A stretch of 64,000 nucleotides of DNA from Octopus sinensis (taxonomy: Eukaryota), in assembly GCF_006345805.1 (NCBI RefSeq), contig NC_043014.1, positions 17,360,001-17,424,000 of the forward strand, written 5' to 3'. The position numbers and the translations under genes are program-made. Shown in pieces: positions 1-15,100 of this stretch (the stretch's first letter is position 1; every line of letters begins with the position of its first letter). Below the pieces are notes generated by a model. That model made no database searches and was not told the origin of the DNA. It saw only the letters and a list, made by a program, of their open reading frames with translations.

Positions 1-3000
1 TGTAACAATGCGTGAGCCTCAGAGATTGCTGAACAACGGGCATTCCGCAATACACAGAACGCTGCTGCTTCTAACAATGCGTGAGCCTCAGAGATTGCTG
101 AACAACGGGCATTCCGCAATACACAGAACGCTGCTGCTTCTAACAATGCGAGAGCCTCCGAGTTTGCTGAACAACGGGCATTCCGCAATACAGAGAACGC
201 TGCTGCTTCTAACAATGCGAGAGCCTCAGAGATTGCTGAACAACGGGCATTCCGCAATACACAGAACGCTGCTGCTTCTAACAATGCGTGAGCCTCAGAG
301 ATTGCTGAACAACGGGCATTCCGCAATACACAGAACGCTGCTGCTTCTAACAATGCGAGAGCCTCCGAGATTGCTGAACAACGGGCATTCCGCAATACAC
401 AGAACGCTGCTGCTTCTAACAATGCGTGAGCCTCAGAGATTGCTGAACAACGGGCATTCCGCAATACACAGAACGCTGCTGCTTCTAACAATGCGTGAGC
501 CTCAGAGATTGCTGAACAACGGGCATTCCGCAATACACAGAACGCTGCTGCTTCTAACAATGCGTGAGCCTCAGAGATTGCTGAACAACGGGCATTCCGC
601 AATACACAGAACGCTGCTGCTTCTAACAATGCGTGAGCCTCAGAGATTGCTGAACAACGGGCATTCCGCAATACCAGAACGCTGCTGCTTCTAACAATGC
701 GAGAGCCTCCGAGTTTGCTGTACAACGGGCATTCCGCAATACACAGAACGCTGCTGCTTCTAACAATGCGTGAGCCTCAGTGATTTCTGAACAACGGGCA
801 TTCCGCAATACACAGAACGCTGCTGCTTCTCACAATGCGAGAGCCTCAGAGATTGCTGAACAACGGGCATTCCGCAATACACAGAACGCTGCTGCTTCTA
901 ACAATGCGTGAGCCTCAGAGATTGCTGAACAACGGGCATTCCGCAATACACAGAACGCTGCTGCTTCTAACAATGCGTGAGCCTCAGAGATTGCTGAACA
1001 ACGGGCATTCCGCAATACACAGAACGCTGCTGCTTCTAACAATGCGTGAGCCTCAGTGATTTCTGAACAACGGGCATTCCGCAATACCGAGAACGCTGCT
1101 GCTTCTAACAATGCGTGAGCCTCCGAGTTTGCTAACAACGGGCATTCCGCAATACACAGAACGCTGCTGCTTCTAACAATGCGTGAGCCTCCGAGATTGC
1201 TGAACAACGGGAATTCCGCAATACACAGAACGCTGCTGCTTCTAACAATGCGTGAGCCTCAGTGATTTTGAACAACGGGCATTCCGCAATACACAGAACG
1301 CTGCTGCTTCTAACAATGCGTTAGCCTCCCAGATTGCTGAACAACGGGCATTCCGCAATACACAGAACGCTGCTGCTTTAACAATGCGAGAGCCTCAGAG
1401 ATTGCTGAACAACGGGCATTCCGCAATACACAGAACGCTGCTGCTTCTAACAATGCGTGAGCCTCGAGATTGCTGAACAACGGGCATTCCGCAATACACA
1501 GAACGCTGCTGCTTCTAACAATGCGAAGCCTCAGAGATTGCTGAACAACGGGCATTCCGCAATACACAGAACGCTGCTGCTTCTAACAATGCGTGAGCCT
1601 CAGAGATTGTTGAACAACGGGCATTCCGCAATACACAGAACGCTGCTGCTTCTAACAATGCGTGAGCCTCAGAGATTGCTGAACAACGGGCATTCCGCAA
1701 TACACAGAACGCTGCTGCTTCTAACAATGCGAGAGCCTCCGAGTTTGCTGAACAACGGGCATTCCGCAATACAGAGAACGCTGCTGCTTCTAACAATGCG
1801 AGAGCCTCCGAGTTTGCTGAACAACGGGCATTCCGCAATACACAGAACGCTGCTGCTTCTAACAATGCGTGAGCCTCAGTGATTTTTGAACAACGGGCAT
1901 TCCGCAATACACAGAACGCTGCTGCTTCTAACAATGCGTGAGCCTCCCAGATTGCTGAACAACGGGCATTCCGCAATACACAGAACGCTGCTGCTTTAAC
2001 AATGCGAGAGCCTCAGAGATTGCTGAACAACGGGCATTCCGCAATACACAGAACGCTGCTGCTTCTAACAATGCGTGAGCCTCAGAGATTGCTGAACAAC
2101 GGGCATTCCGCAATACACAGAACGCTGCTGCTTCTAACAATGCGAGAGCCTCCGAGTTTGCTGAACAACGGGCATTCCGCAATACACAGAACGCTGCTGC
2201 TTCTAACAATGCGAGAGCCTCAGAGTTTGCTGAACAACGGGCATTCCGCAATACAGAGAACGCTGCTGCTTCTAACAATGCGTGAGCCTCAGTGATTGCT
2301 GAACAACGGGCATTCCGCAATACACAGAACGCTGCTGCTTCTAACAATGCGAGAGCCTCAGAGATTGCTGAACAACGTTCATTCCGCAATACACAGAACG
2401 CTGCTGCTTCTAACAATGCGACAACCTAAGAGATTGCTGAACAACGGGCATTCCGCAATACACAGAACGCTGCTGCTTCTAACAATGCGTGAGCCTCAGA
2501 GATTGCTGAACAACGGGCATTCCGCAATACACAGAACGCTGCTGCTTCTAACAATGCGTGAGCCTCAGAGATTGCTGAACAACGGGCATTCCGCAATACA
2601 CAGAACGCTGCTGCTTCTAACAATGCGTGAGCCTCAGAGATTGCTGAACAACTGGCATTCCGCAATACACGGAACTCTGCTGCTTCTAACAATGCGTGAG
2701 CCTCCGAGATTGCTGAACAACGGGCATTCCGCAATACACAGAACGCTGCTGCTTCTAACAATGCGAGAGCCTCAGAGATTGCTGAACAACGGGCATTCCG
2801 CAATACACAGAACGCTGCTGCTTCTCACAATGCGAGAGCCTCAGAGATTGCTGAACAACGGGCATTCCGCAATACACAGATATCTGCTGCTTCTAACAAT
2901 GCGTGAGCCTCCGAGATTGCTGAACAACTGGAATTCCGCAATACACAGAACGCTGCTGCTTCTAACAATGCGTGAGCCTCAGAGATTGCTGAACAACGGG

Positions 3001-5599
3001 CATTCCGCAATACACAGAACGCTGCTGCTTCTAACAATGCGTGAGCCTCAGAGAGTGCTGAACAACGGGCATTCCGCAATACACAGAACGCTGCTGCTTC
3101 TAACAATGCGAGAGCCTCAGAGATTGCTGAACAACGGGCATTCCGCAATACACAGAACGCTGCTGCTTCTAACAATGCGTGAGCCTCAGAGATTGCTGAA
3201 CAACGGGCATTCCGCAATACACAGAACGCTGCTGCTTCTAACAATGCGTGAGCCTCAGTGATTGCTGAACAACGGGCATTCCGCAATACACAGAACGCTG
3301 CTGCTTCTAACAATGCGACAGCCTCAGAGATTGCTGAACAACGGGCATTCCGCAATACACAGAACGCTGCTGCTTCTAACAATGCGTGAGCCTCCATGAT
3401 TGCTGAACAACGGTCATTCCGTAATACACAGAACGCTGCTGCTTCTAACAATGCGTGAGCCTCAGAGATTGCTGAACAACGGGCACTCCGCAATACACTG
3501 AACGCTGCTGCTTCTAACAATGCGAGAGCCTCCGAGTTTGCTGAACAACTGGCATTCCGCAATACACGGAACTCTGCTGCTTCTAACAATGCGTGAGCCT
3601 CCGAGATTGCTGAACAACGGGCATTCCGCAATACACAGAACGCTGCTGCTTCTAACAATGCGAGAGCCTCAGAGATTGCTGAACAACGGGCATTCCGCAA
3701 TACACAGAACGCTGCTGCTTCTAACAATGCGAGAGCCTCAGAGATTGCTGAACAACGGGCATTCCGCAATACACAGATAGCTGCTGCTTCTAACAATGCG
3801 TGAGCCTCCGAGATTGCTGAACAACTGGAATTCCGCAATACACAGAACGCTGCTGCCTCTAACAAAGCGTGAGCCTCAGTGATTTTTGAACAACGGGCAT
3901 TCCGCAATACACAGAACGCTGCTGCTTCTAACAATGCGTGAGCCTCCGAGATTGCTGAACAACGGGCATTCCGCAATACACAGAACGCTGCTGCTTCTAA
4001 CAATGCGAGAGCCTCCGAGTTTGCTGAACAACGGGCATTCCGCAATACACAGAACGCTGCTGCTTCTAACAATGCGTGAGCCTCCGAGATTGCTGAACAA
4101 CGGGCATTCCGCAATACACAGAACGCTGCTGCTTCTAACAATGCGTGAGCCTCAGTGATTGCTGAACAACGGGCATTCCGCAATACAGAGAACGCTGCTG
4201 CTTCTAACAATGCGTGAGCCTCCGAGATTGCTGAACAACGGGCATTCCGCAATACACAGAACGCTGCTGCTTCTAACAATGCGTGAGCCTTAGAGAGTGC
4301 TGAACAACGGGCATTCCGCAATACACAGAACGCTGCTGCTTGTAACAATGCGAGAGCCTCAGATATTGCTGAACAACGTTCATTCCGCAATACACAGAAC
4401 GCTGCTGCTTCTAACAATGCGTGAGCCTCAGTGATTGCTGAACAACGGGCATTCCGCAATACACAGAACGCTGCTGCTTCTAACAATGCGTGAGCCTCCG
4501 AGATTGCTGAACAACGGGCATTCCGCAATACAGAGAACGCTGCTGCTTCTAACAATGCGTGAGCCTCAGAGATTGCTGAACAACGGGCATTCCGCAATAC
4601 ACAGAACGCTGCTGCTTCTAACAATGCGTGAGCCTCAGAGATTGCTGAACAACGGGCATTCCGCAATACACAGAACGCTGCTGCTTCTAACAATGCGTGA
4701 GCCTCAGAGATTGCTGAACAACGGGCATTCCGCAATACACAGAACGCTACTGCTTCTAGCAATGCGTGAGCCTCAGTGATTTCTGAACAACGGGCATTCC
4801 GCAATACCGAGAACGCTGCTGCTTCTAACAATGCGAGAGCCTCCGAGTTTGCTGTACAACGGGCATTCCGCAATACACAGAACGCTGCTGCTTCTAACAA
4901 TGCGTGAGCCTCAGAGATTGCTGAACAACGGGCATTCCGCAATACACAGAACGCTGCTGCTTCTAACAATGCGTGAGCCTCAGTGATTTCTGAACAACGG
5001 GCATTCCGCAATACCAGAACGCTGCTGCTTCTAACAATGCGAGAGCCTCCGAGTTTGCTGTACAACGGGCATTCCGCAATACACAGAACGCTGCTGCTTC
5101 TAACAATGCGTGAGCCTCAGAGATTGCTGAACAACGGGCATTCCGCAATACACCAAACGCTACTGCTTCTAGCAATGCGTGAGCCTCAGAGATTGCTGAA
5201 CAACGGGCATTCCGCAATACACAGAACGCTGCTGCTTCTAACAATGCGTGAGCCTCAGTGATTTCTGAACAACGTGCATTCCGCAATACCGAGAACGCTG
5301 CTGCTTCTAACAATGCGAGAGCCTCCGAGTTTGCTGTACAACGGGCATTCCGCAATACACAGAACGCTGCTGCTTCTAACAATGCGTGAGCCTCAGAGTT
5401 TGCTGAACAACGGGCATTCCGCAATACACAGAACGCGGCTGCTTCTAACAATGCGTGAGCCTCAGAGATTGCTGAACAACGGGCATTCCGCAATACACAG
5501 AACGCTGCTGCTTCTAACAATGCGTGAGCCTCAGAGATTGCTGAACAACGGGCATTCCGCAATACACAGAACGCTGCTGCTTCTAACAATGCGTGAGCC

Positions 5600-6150
5600 T
5601 CAGTGATTTCTGAACAACGGGCATTCCGCAATACAGAGAACGCTGCTGTTTCTCACAATGCGAGAGCCTCAGAGATTGCTGAACAACGGGCATTCCGCAA
5701 TACACAGAACGCTGCTGCTTCTAACAATGCCTGAGCCTCAGAGATTGCTGAACAACGGGCATTCCGCAATACACAGAACGCTACTGCTTCTAGCAATGCG
5801 TGAGCCTCAGAGATTGCTGAACAACGGGCATTCCGCAATACACAGAACGCTGCTGCTTCTAACAATGCGTGAGCCTCAGTGATTTCTGAACAACGGGCAT
5901 TCCGCAAACCGAGAACGCTGCTGCTTCTAACAATGCGAGAGCCTCCGAGTTTGCTATACAACGGGCATTCCGCAATACACAGATCTCTGCCGCTTCTAAC
6001 AATGCGTGATCCTCCGAGATTGCTGAACAACGGGAATTCCGCAATACACAGAACGCTGCTGCTTCTAACAATGCGTGAGCCTCAGTGCTTTTTGAACAAC
6101 GGGCATTCCGCAATACACAGAACGCTGCTGCTTCTAACAATGCGTTAGCC
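5600..6150. repeat. A cassette (8 or more monomers), copy 1 of 3
   Basis: Ordered rare alleles GTTTCTCACAATG, AATGCCTGAG (5726), CTACTGCTTCTAGC, GCTATACAAC (5953), AGATCTCTGCCGC, CAGTGCTTTTTG. Confidence 0.88.
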
Positions 6151-9100
6151 TCCCAGACTGCTGAACAACGGGCATTCCGCAATACACAGAACGCTGCTGC
6201 TTTTAACAATGCGAGAGCCTCAGAGATTGCTGAACAACGGGCATTCCGCAATACACAGAACGCTGCTGCTTCTAACAATGCGTGAGCCTCCGAGATTGCT
6301 GAACAACGGGCATTCCGCAATACACAGAACGCTGCTGCTTCTAACAATGCGAAAGCCTCAGAGATTGCTGAACAACGGGCATTCCGCAATACGCAGAACG
6401 CTGCTGCTTCTAACAATGCGTGAGCCTCAGAGATTGTTGAACAGCGGGCATTCCGCAATACACAGAACGCTGCTGCTTCTAACAATACGTGAGCCTCAGA
6501 GATTGCTGAACAATGGGCATTCCGCAATACACAGAACGCTGCTGCTTCTAACAATGCGAGAGCCTCCGAGTTTGCTGAACAACGGGCATTCCTTAATACA
6601 GAGAACGCTGCTGCTTCTAACAATGCGAGAGCCTCCGAGTTTGCTGAACAACGGGCATTCCGCAATAAGAGAACGCTGCTGCTTCTAACAATGCGTGAGC
6701 CTCAGTGATTTTTGAACAACGGGCATTCCGCAATACACAGAACGCTGCTGCTTCTAACAATGCGTTAGCCTCCCAGATTGCTGAACAACGGGCATTCCGC
6801 AATACACAGAACGCTGCTGATTTTAACAATGCGAGAGCCTCAGAGATTGCTGAACAACGGGCATTCCGCAATACACAGAACGCTGCTGCTTCTAACAATA
6901 CGTGAGCCTCAGAGATTGCTGAACAACGGGCATTCCGCAATACACAGAACGCTGCTGTTTCTAACAATGCGAGAGCCTCCGAGTTTGCTGAACAACGGGC
7001 ATTCCGCAATACAGAGAACGCTGCTGCTTCTAACAATGCGAGAGCCTCGAGTTTGCTGAAAAACGGGCATTCCGCAATACACAGAACGCTGCTTCTTCTA
7101 ACAATGCGTGAGCCTCAGTGATTGCTGAACAACGGGCATTCCGCAATACACAGAACGCTGCTGCTTCTAACAATGCGAGAGCCTCAGAGATTGCTGAACA
7201 ACGTTCATTCCGCAATACACAGAACGCTGCTGCTTCTAACAATGCGTGAGCCTCAGTGATTGCTGAACAACGGGCATTCCGCAATACACAGAACGCTGCT
7301 GCTTCTAACAATGCGTGAGCCTCCGAGATTGCTGAACAACGGGCATTCCACAATACACAGAACGCTGCTGCTTCTAACAATGCGACAGCCTCAGAGATTG
7401 CTGAACAACGGGCATTCCGCAATACACAGAACGCTGCTGCTTCTAACAATGCGTGAGCCTCAGAGATTGCTGAACAACGGGCATTCCGCAATACACAGAA
7501 CGCTGCTGCTTTTAACAATGCGAGAGCCTCAGAGATTGCTGAACAACGGGCATTCCGCAATACACTGAACGCTGCTGCTTCTAACAATGCGAGAGCCTCC
7601 GAGTTTGCTGAACAACTGGCATTCCGCAATACACAGAAATCTGCTGCTTCTAACAATGCGTGAGCCTCCGAGATTGCTGAACAACGGGCATTCCGCAATA
7701 CACAGAACGCTGCTGCTTCTAACAAAGCGAGAGCCTCAGAGATTGCTGAACAACGGGCAATCCGCAATACACAGAACGCTGCTGCTTCTAACAATGCGTG
7801 AGCCTCCGAGATTGCTGAACAACGGGCATTCCGCAATACACAGAACGCTGCTGCTTCTAACAATGCGTGAGCCTCAGAGATTGCTGAACAACGGGCATTC
7901 CGCAATACACAGAACGCTGCTGCTTCTAACAATGCGTTAGCCTCCCAGATTGCTGAACAACGGGCATTCCGCAATACACAGAACGCTGCTGCTTTTAACA
8001 ATGCGAGAGCCTCAGAGATTGCTGAACAACGAGCATTCCGCAATACACAGAACGCTGCTGCTTTTAACAATGTGAGAGCCTCAGAGAGTGCTGAACAACG
8101 GGCATTCCGGAATACAGAGAACGCTGCTGCTTCTAACAATGCGAGAGCCTCCGATTTTGCTGTACAACGGGCATTCCGCAATACACAGATCTCTGCCGCT
8201 TCTAACAATGCGTGAGCCTCCGAGATTGCTGAACAACTGGAATTCCGCAATACACAGAACGCTGCTGCTTCTAACAATGCGTGAGCCTCAGTGAATTTGA
8301 ACAACGGGCATTCCGCAATACACAGAACGCTGCTGCTTTAACAATGCGAGAGCCTCAGAGATTGCTGAACAACGGGCATTCCGCAATACACAGAACGCTG
8401 CTGCTTCTAACAATGCGAGAGCCTCGAGATTGCTGAACAACGGGCATTCCGCAATACGCAGAACGCTGCTGCTTCTAACAATACGTGAGCCTCAGAGATT
8501 GCTGAACAACGGGCATTCCGCAATACACAGAACGCTGCTGCTTCTAACAATGCGAGAGCCTCCGAGTTTGCTGAACAACGGGCATTCCTTAATACAGAGA
8601 ACGCTGCAGCTTCTAACAATGCGAGAGCCTCCGAGTTTTCTGAACAATGGGCTTTCCGCAATACACAGAACGCTGATGCTTCGAACAATGCGAGAGCCTC
8701 AGTGATTTTTGAACTACGGGCATTCCGCAATACACAGAACGCTGCTGCTTCTAACAATGCGTTAGCCTCCCAGTTTGCTGAACAACGGGCATTCCGCAAT
8801 ACACAGAACGCTGCTGCTTTTAACAATGCGAGAGCCTCAGAGATTGCTGAACAACGGGCATTCCGCAATACACAGAACGCTGCTGCTTCTAACAATGCGT
8901 GAGCCTCAGAGATTGTTGAACAACGGGCATTCCGCAATACACAGAACGCTGCTGCTTCTAGCAATACGTGAGCCTAAGAGATTGCTGAACAACGGGCATT
9001 CCGCAATACACAGAACGCTGCTGCTTCTAACAATGCGAGAGCCTCCGAGTTTGCTGAACAACGGGCATTCCGCAATACAGAGAACGCTGCTGCTTCTAAC

Positions 9101-11596
9101 AATGCGAGAGCCTCCGAGTTTGCTGAACAACGGGCATTCCGCAATACAGAGAACGCTGCTTCTTCTAACAATGCGTGTGCCTCAGTGATTGCTGAACAAC
9201 GGGCATTCCGCAATACACAGAACGCTGCTGCTTGTAACAATGCGAGAGCCTCCGAGTTTGCTGAACAACGGGCATTCCGCAATACAGAGAACGCTGCTGC
9301 TTCTAACAATGCGAGAGACTCCGAGTTTGCTGAACAACGGGCATTCCGCAATACAGAGAACGCTGCTGCTTCTAACAATGCGTGAGCCTCAGTGATTGCT
9401 GAACAACGGGCATTCCGCAATACACAGAACGCTGCTGCTTCTAACAATGCGTTAGCCTCCCAGATTGCTGAACAACGGGCATTCCGCAATACACTGAACG
9501 CTGCTGCTTTTAACAATGCGAGAGCCTCAGAGATTGCTGAACAACGGGCATTCCGCAATACACAGAACGCTGCTGCTTCTAACAATGCGTGAGCCTCAGA
9601 GATTGTTGAACAACGGGCATTCCGCAATACACAGAACGCTGCTTCTTCTAACAATACGTGAGCCTCAGGGATTGCTGAACAACGGGCATTCCGCAATACA
9701 CAGAACGCTGCTGCTTCTAACAATGCGAGAGCCTCCGAGTTTGCTGAACAACGGGCATTCCGCAATACAGAGAACGCTGCTGCTTCTAACAATGCGAGAG
9801 CCTCCGAGTTTGCTGAACAACGGGCATTCCGAAATACAGAGAAAGCTGCTTCTTCTAACAATGCGTGAGCCTCAGTGATTGCTGAACAACGGGCATTCCG
9901 CAATACGCAGAACGCTGCTGCTTCTAACAATGCGAGAGCCCCAGAGATTGCTGAACAACGGGCATTCCGCAATACACAGAACGCTGCTGCTTCTAACAAT
10001 GCGTGAGGCTCAGAGATTGCTGAACAACGGGCATTCCGCAATACACAGAACGCTGCTGCTTCTAACAATGCGAGAGCCTCCGAGATTGCTGAACAACGGG
10101 AATCCGCAATACACAGAACGCTGCTGCTTCTAACAATGCGTGAGCCTCCGAGATTGCTGAACAACGGGCATTCCACAATACACAGAACGCTGCTGCTACT
10201 AACAATGCGACAGCCTCAGAGATTGCTGAACAACGGGCATTCCGCAATACACAGAACGCTGCTGCTTCTAACAATGCGTGAGCCTCAGAGATTGCTGAAC
10301 AACGGGCATTCCGCAATACACAGAACGCTGCTGCTTCTAACAATGCGTGAGCCTCAGAGATTGCTGAACAACGGGCATTCCGCAATACACAGAACGCTGC
10401 TGCTTCTAACAATGCGTGAGCCTCAGAGATTGCTGAACAACGGGCATTCCGCAATACACAGAACGCTGCTGCTTCTAACAATGCGTGAGCCTCAGTGATT
10501 TCTGAACAACGGGCATTCCGCAATACAGAGAACGCTGCTGCTTCTAACAATGCGAGAGCCTCAGAGATTGCTGAACAACGGGCATTCCGCAATACACAGA
10601 ACGCTGCTGCTTCTAACAATGCGTGAGCCTCAGAGATTGCTGAACAACGGGCATTCCGCAATACACAGAACGCTGCTGCTTCTAACAATGCGTGAGCCTC
10701 AGAGATTGCTGAACAACGGGCATTCCGCAATACACAGAACGCTGCTGCTTCTAACAATGCGTGAGCCTCAGTGATTCTGAACAACGGGCATTCCGCAATA
10801 CCGAGAACGCTGCTGCTTCTAACAATGCGAGAGCCTCCGAGTTTGCTGTACAACGGGCATTCCGCAATACACAGAACGCTGCTGCTTCTAACAATGCGTG
10901 AGTCTCAGAGATTGCTGAACAACGGGCAATCCGCAATACACAGAACGCGGCTGCTTCTAACAATGCGTGAGCCTCAGAGATTGCTGAACAACGGGCATTC
11001 CGCAATACACAGAACGCTGCGGCTTCTAACAATGCGTGAGCCTCAGAGATTGCTGAACAACGTGCATTCCGCAATACACAGAACGCTACTGCTTCTAGCA
11101 ATGCGTGAGCCTCAGTGATTGCTGAACAACGGGCATTCCGCAATACCGAGAACGCTGCTGCTTCTAACAATGCGAGAGCCTCCGAGTTTGCTGTACAACG
11201 GGCATTCCGCAATACACAGAACGCTGCTGCTTCTAACAATGCGTGAGCCTCAGTGATTTCTGAACAACGGGCATTCCGCAATACACTGAACGCTGCTGCT
11301 TCCAACAATGCGTGAGCCTCCGAGTTTGCTGTACAACGGGCATTCCGCAATACACAGAACGCTGCTGCTTCTAACAATGCGTGAGCCTCAGAGTTTGCTG
11401 AACAACGGGCATTCCGCAATACACAGAACGCGGCTGCTTCTAAACAATGCGTGAGCCTCAGAGATTGCTGAACAACGGGCATTCCGCAATACACAGAACG
11501 CTGCTGCTTCTAACAATGCGTGAGCCTCAGAGATTGCTGAACAACTGGCATTCCGCAATACACAGAACGCTGCTGCTTCTAACAATGCGTGAGCCT

Positions 11597-12146
11597 CAGT
11601 GATTTCTGAACAACGGGCATTCCGCAATACAGAGAACGCTGCTGTTTCTCACAATGCGAGAGCCTCAGAGATTGCTGAACAACGGGCATTCCGCAATACA
11701 CAGAACGCTGCTGCTTCTAACAATGCCTGAGCCTCAGAGATTGCTGAACAACGGGCATTCCGCAATACACAGAACGCTACTGCTTCTAGCAATGCGTGAG
11801 CCTCAGAGATTGCTGAACAACGGGCATTCCGCAATACACAGAACGCTGCTGCTTCTAACAATGCGTGAGCCTCAGTGATTTCTGAACAACGGGCATTCCG
11901 CAATACCGAGAACGCTGCTGCTTCTAACAATGCGAGAGCCTCCGAGTTTGCTATACAACGGGCATTCCGCAATACACAGATCTCTGCCGCTTCTAACAAT
12001 GCGTGAGCCTCCGAGATTGCTGAACAACTGGAATTCCGCAATACACAGAACGCTGCTGCTTCTAACAATGCGTGAGCCTCAGTGCTTTTTGAACAACGGG
12101 CATTCCGCAATACACAGAACGCTGCTGCTTCTAACAATGCGCTAGC
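11597..12146. repeat. A cassette, copy 2 of 3 (offset about 5996)
   Basis: Same ordered alleles; AATGCCTGAG at 11722 and GCTATACAAC at about 11950. Confidence 0.88.
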
Positions 12147-15100
12147 CTCCCAGACTGCTGAACAACGGGCATTCCGCAATACACAGAACGCTGCTGCTTT
12201 TAACAATGCGAGAGCCTCAGAGATTGCTGAACAACGGGCATTCCGCAATACACAGAACGCTGATGCTTCGAACAATGCGAAAGCCTCAGAGATTGCTGAA
12301 CAACGGGCATTCCGCAATACGCAGAACGCTGCTGCTTCTAACAATGCGTGAGCCTCAGAGATTGTTGAACAGCGGGCTTTCCGCAATACACAGAACGCTG
12401 CTGCTTCTAACAATACGTGAGCCTCAGAGATTGCTGAACAATGGGCATTCCGCAATACACAGAACGCTGCTGCTTCTAACAATGCGAGAGCCTCCGAGTT
12501 GCTGAACAACGGTCATTCCGCAATACAGAGAACGCTGCTGCTTCTAACAATGCGAGAGCCTCCGAGTTTGCTGAACAACGGGCATTCCGCAATACAGAGA
12601 ACGCTGCTGCTTCTAACAATGCGTGAGCCTCAGTGATTCTGAACAACGGGCATTCCGCAATACAGAGAACGCTGCTGCTTCTCACAATGCGAGAGCCTCA
12701 GAGATTGCTGAACAACGGGCATTCCGCAATACACAGAACGCTGCTGCTTCTAACAATGCGACAGCCTCAGAGATTGCTGAACAACGGGCATTCCGCAATA
12801 CACAGAACGCTGCTGCTTCTAGCAATGCGTGAGCCTCAGAGATTGCTGAACAACGGGCATTCCGCAATACACAGAACGCTGCTGCTTCTAACAATGCGTG
12901 AGCCTCAGTGATTCTGAACAACGGGCATTCCGCAATACACAGAACGCTGCTGCTTCTAACAATGCGAGAGCCTCCGAGTTGCTAACAACGGGCATTCCGC
13001 AATACACAGAACGCTGCCGCTTCTAACAATGCGTGAGCCTCCGAGATTGCTGAACAACTGGAATTCCGCAATACACAGAACGCTGCTGCCTCTAACAAAG
13101 CGTGAGCCTCAGTGATTTTTGAACAACGGGCATTCCGCAATACACAGAACGCTGCTGCTTCTAACAATGCGTGAGCCTCCGAGATTGCTGAACAACGGGC
13201 ATTCCGCAATACACAGAACGCTGCTGCTTCTAACAATGCGAGAGCCTCAGAGATTGCTGAACAACGGGCATTCCGCAATACACAGAACGCTGCTGCTTCT
13301 AACAATGCGAGAGCCTCCGAGTTTGCTGAACAACGGGCATTCCGCAAATACAGAGAACGCTGCTGCTTCTAACAATGCGAGAGCCTCAGTTTGCTGAACA
13401 ACGGGCATTCCGCAATACACAGAACGCTGCTGCTTCTAACAATGCGTGAGCCTCATGATTGCTGAACAACGGGCATTCCGCAATACACAGAACGCTGCTG
13501 CTTCTAACAATGCGTTAGCCTCCCAGATTGCTGAACAACGGGCATTCCGCAATACACAGAACGCTGCTGCTTCTAACAATGCGTGAGCCTCAGAGAGTGC
13601 TGAACAACGGGCATTCCGCAATACACAGAACGCTGCTGCTTCTAACAATGCGGGAGCCTCAGATTTGCTGAACAACGGGCATTCCGCAATACACAGAACG
13701 CTGCTGCTTCTAACAATGCGTGAGCCTCAGTGATTGCTGAACAACGGGCATTCCGCAATACACAGAACGCTGCTGCTTCTAACAATGCGTGAGCCTCCGA
13801 GATTGCTGAACAACGGGCATTCCGCAATACAGAGAACGCTGCTGCTTCTAACAATGCGTGAGCCTCAGAGATTGCTGAACAACGGGCAATCCGCAATACA
13901 CAGAACGCTGCTGCTTCTAACAATGCGTGAGCCTCAGAGATTGCTGAACAACGGGCATTCCGCAATACACAGAACGCTGCTGCTTTAACAATGCGAGAGC
14001 CTCAGAGATTGCTGAACAACGGGCATTCCGCAATACACAGAACGCTGCTGCTTCTAACAATGCGAAGCCTCAGAGATTGCTGAACAACGGGCATTCCGCA
14101 ATACACAGAACGCTGCTGCTTCTAACAATGCGTGAGCCTCAGAGATTGTTGAACAGCGGGCTTTCCGCAATACACAGAACGCTGCTGCTTCTAACAATAC
14201 GTGAGCCTCAGAGATTGCTGAACAATGGGCATTCCGCAATACAGAACGCTGCTGCTTCTAACAATGCGAGAGCCTCCGAGTTTGCTGAACAACGGTCATT
14301 CCTTAATACAGAGAACGCTGCTGCTTCTAACAATGCGAGAGCCTCCGAGTTTGCTGAACAACGGGCATTCCGCAATACAGAACGCTGCTGCTTCTAACAA
14401 TGCGTGAGCCTCAGTGATTCTGAACAACGGGCATTCCGCAATACAGAGAACGCTGCTGTTTCTCAACAATGCGAGAGCCTCAGAGATTGCTGAACAACGG
14501 GCATTCCGCAATACACAGAACGCTGCTGCTTCTAACAATGCGACAGCCTCAGAGATTGCTGAACAACGGGCATTCCGCAATACACAGAACGCTGCTGCTT
14601 CTAACAATGCGTGAGCCTCAGAGATTGCTGAACAACGGGCATTCCGCAATACACAGAACGCTGCTGCTTCTAACAATGCGTGAGCCTCAGAGATTTCTGA
14701 ACAACGGGCATTCCGCAATACACAGAACGCTGCTGCTTCTAACAATGCGAGAGCCTCCGAGTTTGCTAACAACGGGCATTCCGCAATACACAGAACTCTG
14801 CCGCTTCTAACAATGCGTGAGCCTCCAGAGATTGCTGAACAACGGGCATTCCGCAATACACAGAACGCTGCTGCTTCTAACAATGCGTGAGCCTCAGTGA
14901 TTTTTGAACAACGGGCATTCCGCAATACACAGAACGCTGCTGCTTCTAACAATGCGTTAGCCTCCAGATTGCTGAACAACGGGCATTCCGCAATACACAG
15001 AACGCTGCTGCTTTAACAATGCGAGAGCCTCAGAGATTGCTGAACAACGGGCATTCCGCAATACACAGAACGCTGCTGCTTCTAACAATGCGAGAGCCTC

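Noticed and set aside
25-41. CENP-B box-like 17-mer ATTGCTGAACAACGGGC
   Set aside because: It matches only 6 of the 9 essential positions of NTTCGNNNNANNCGGGN in A (TTGC instead of TTCG, C instead of A) and 5 of 9 in B. It is not a canonical box.
28-96. Internal 3x23-bp sub-repeat (telomere-like unit)
   Set aside because: The thirds align at only about 9/23 and 5/23, which is near chance. No G-rich telomeric motif is present.
1310-1530. Identical 1-bp deletions at about 1378/1463/1525 and about 21688/21773/21834 as proof of a very recent 20.3-kb duplication
   Set aside because: All three are homopolymer contractions of alleles seen full-length at about 6190-6355, so shared systematic error explains them equally well.
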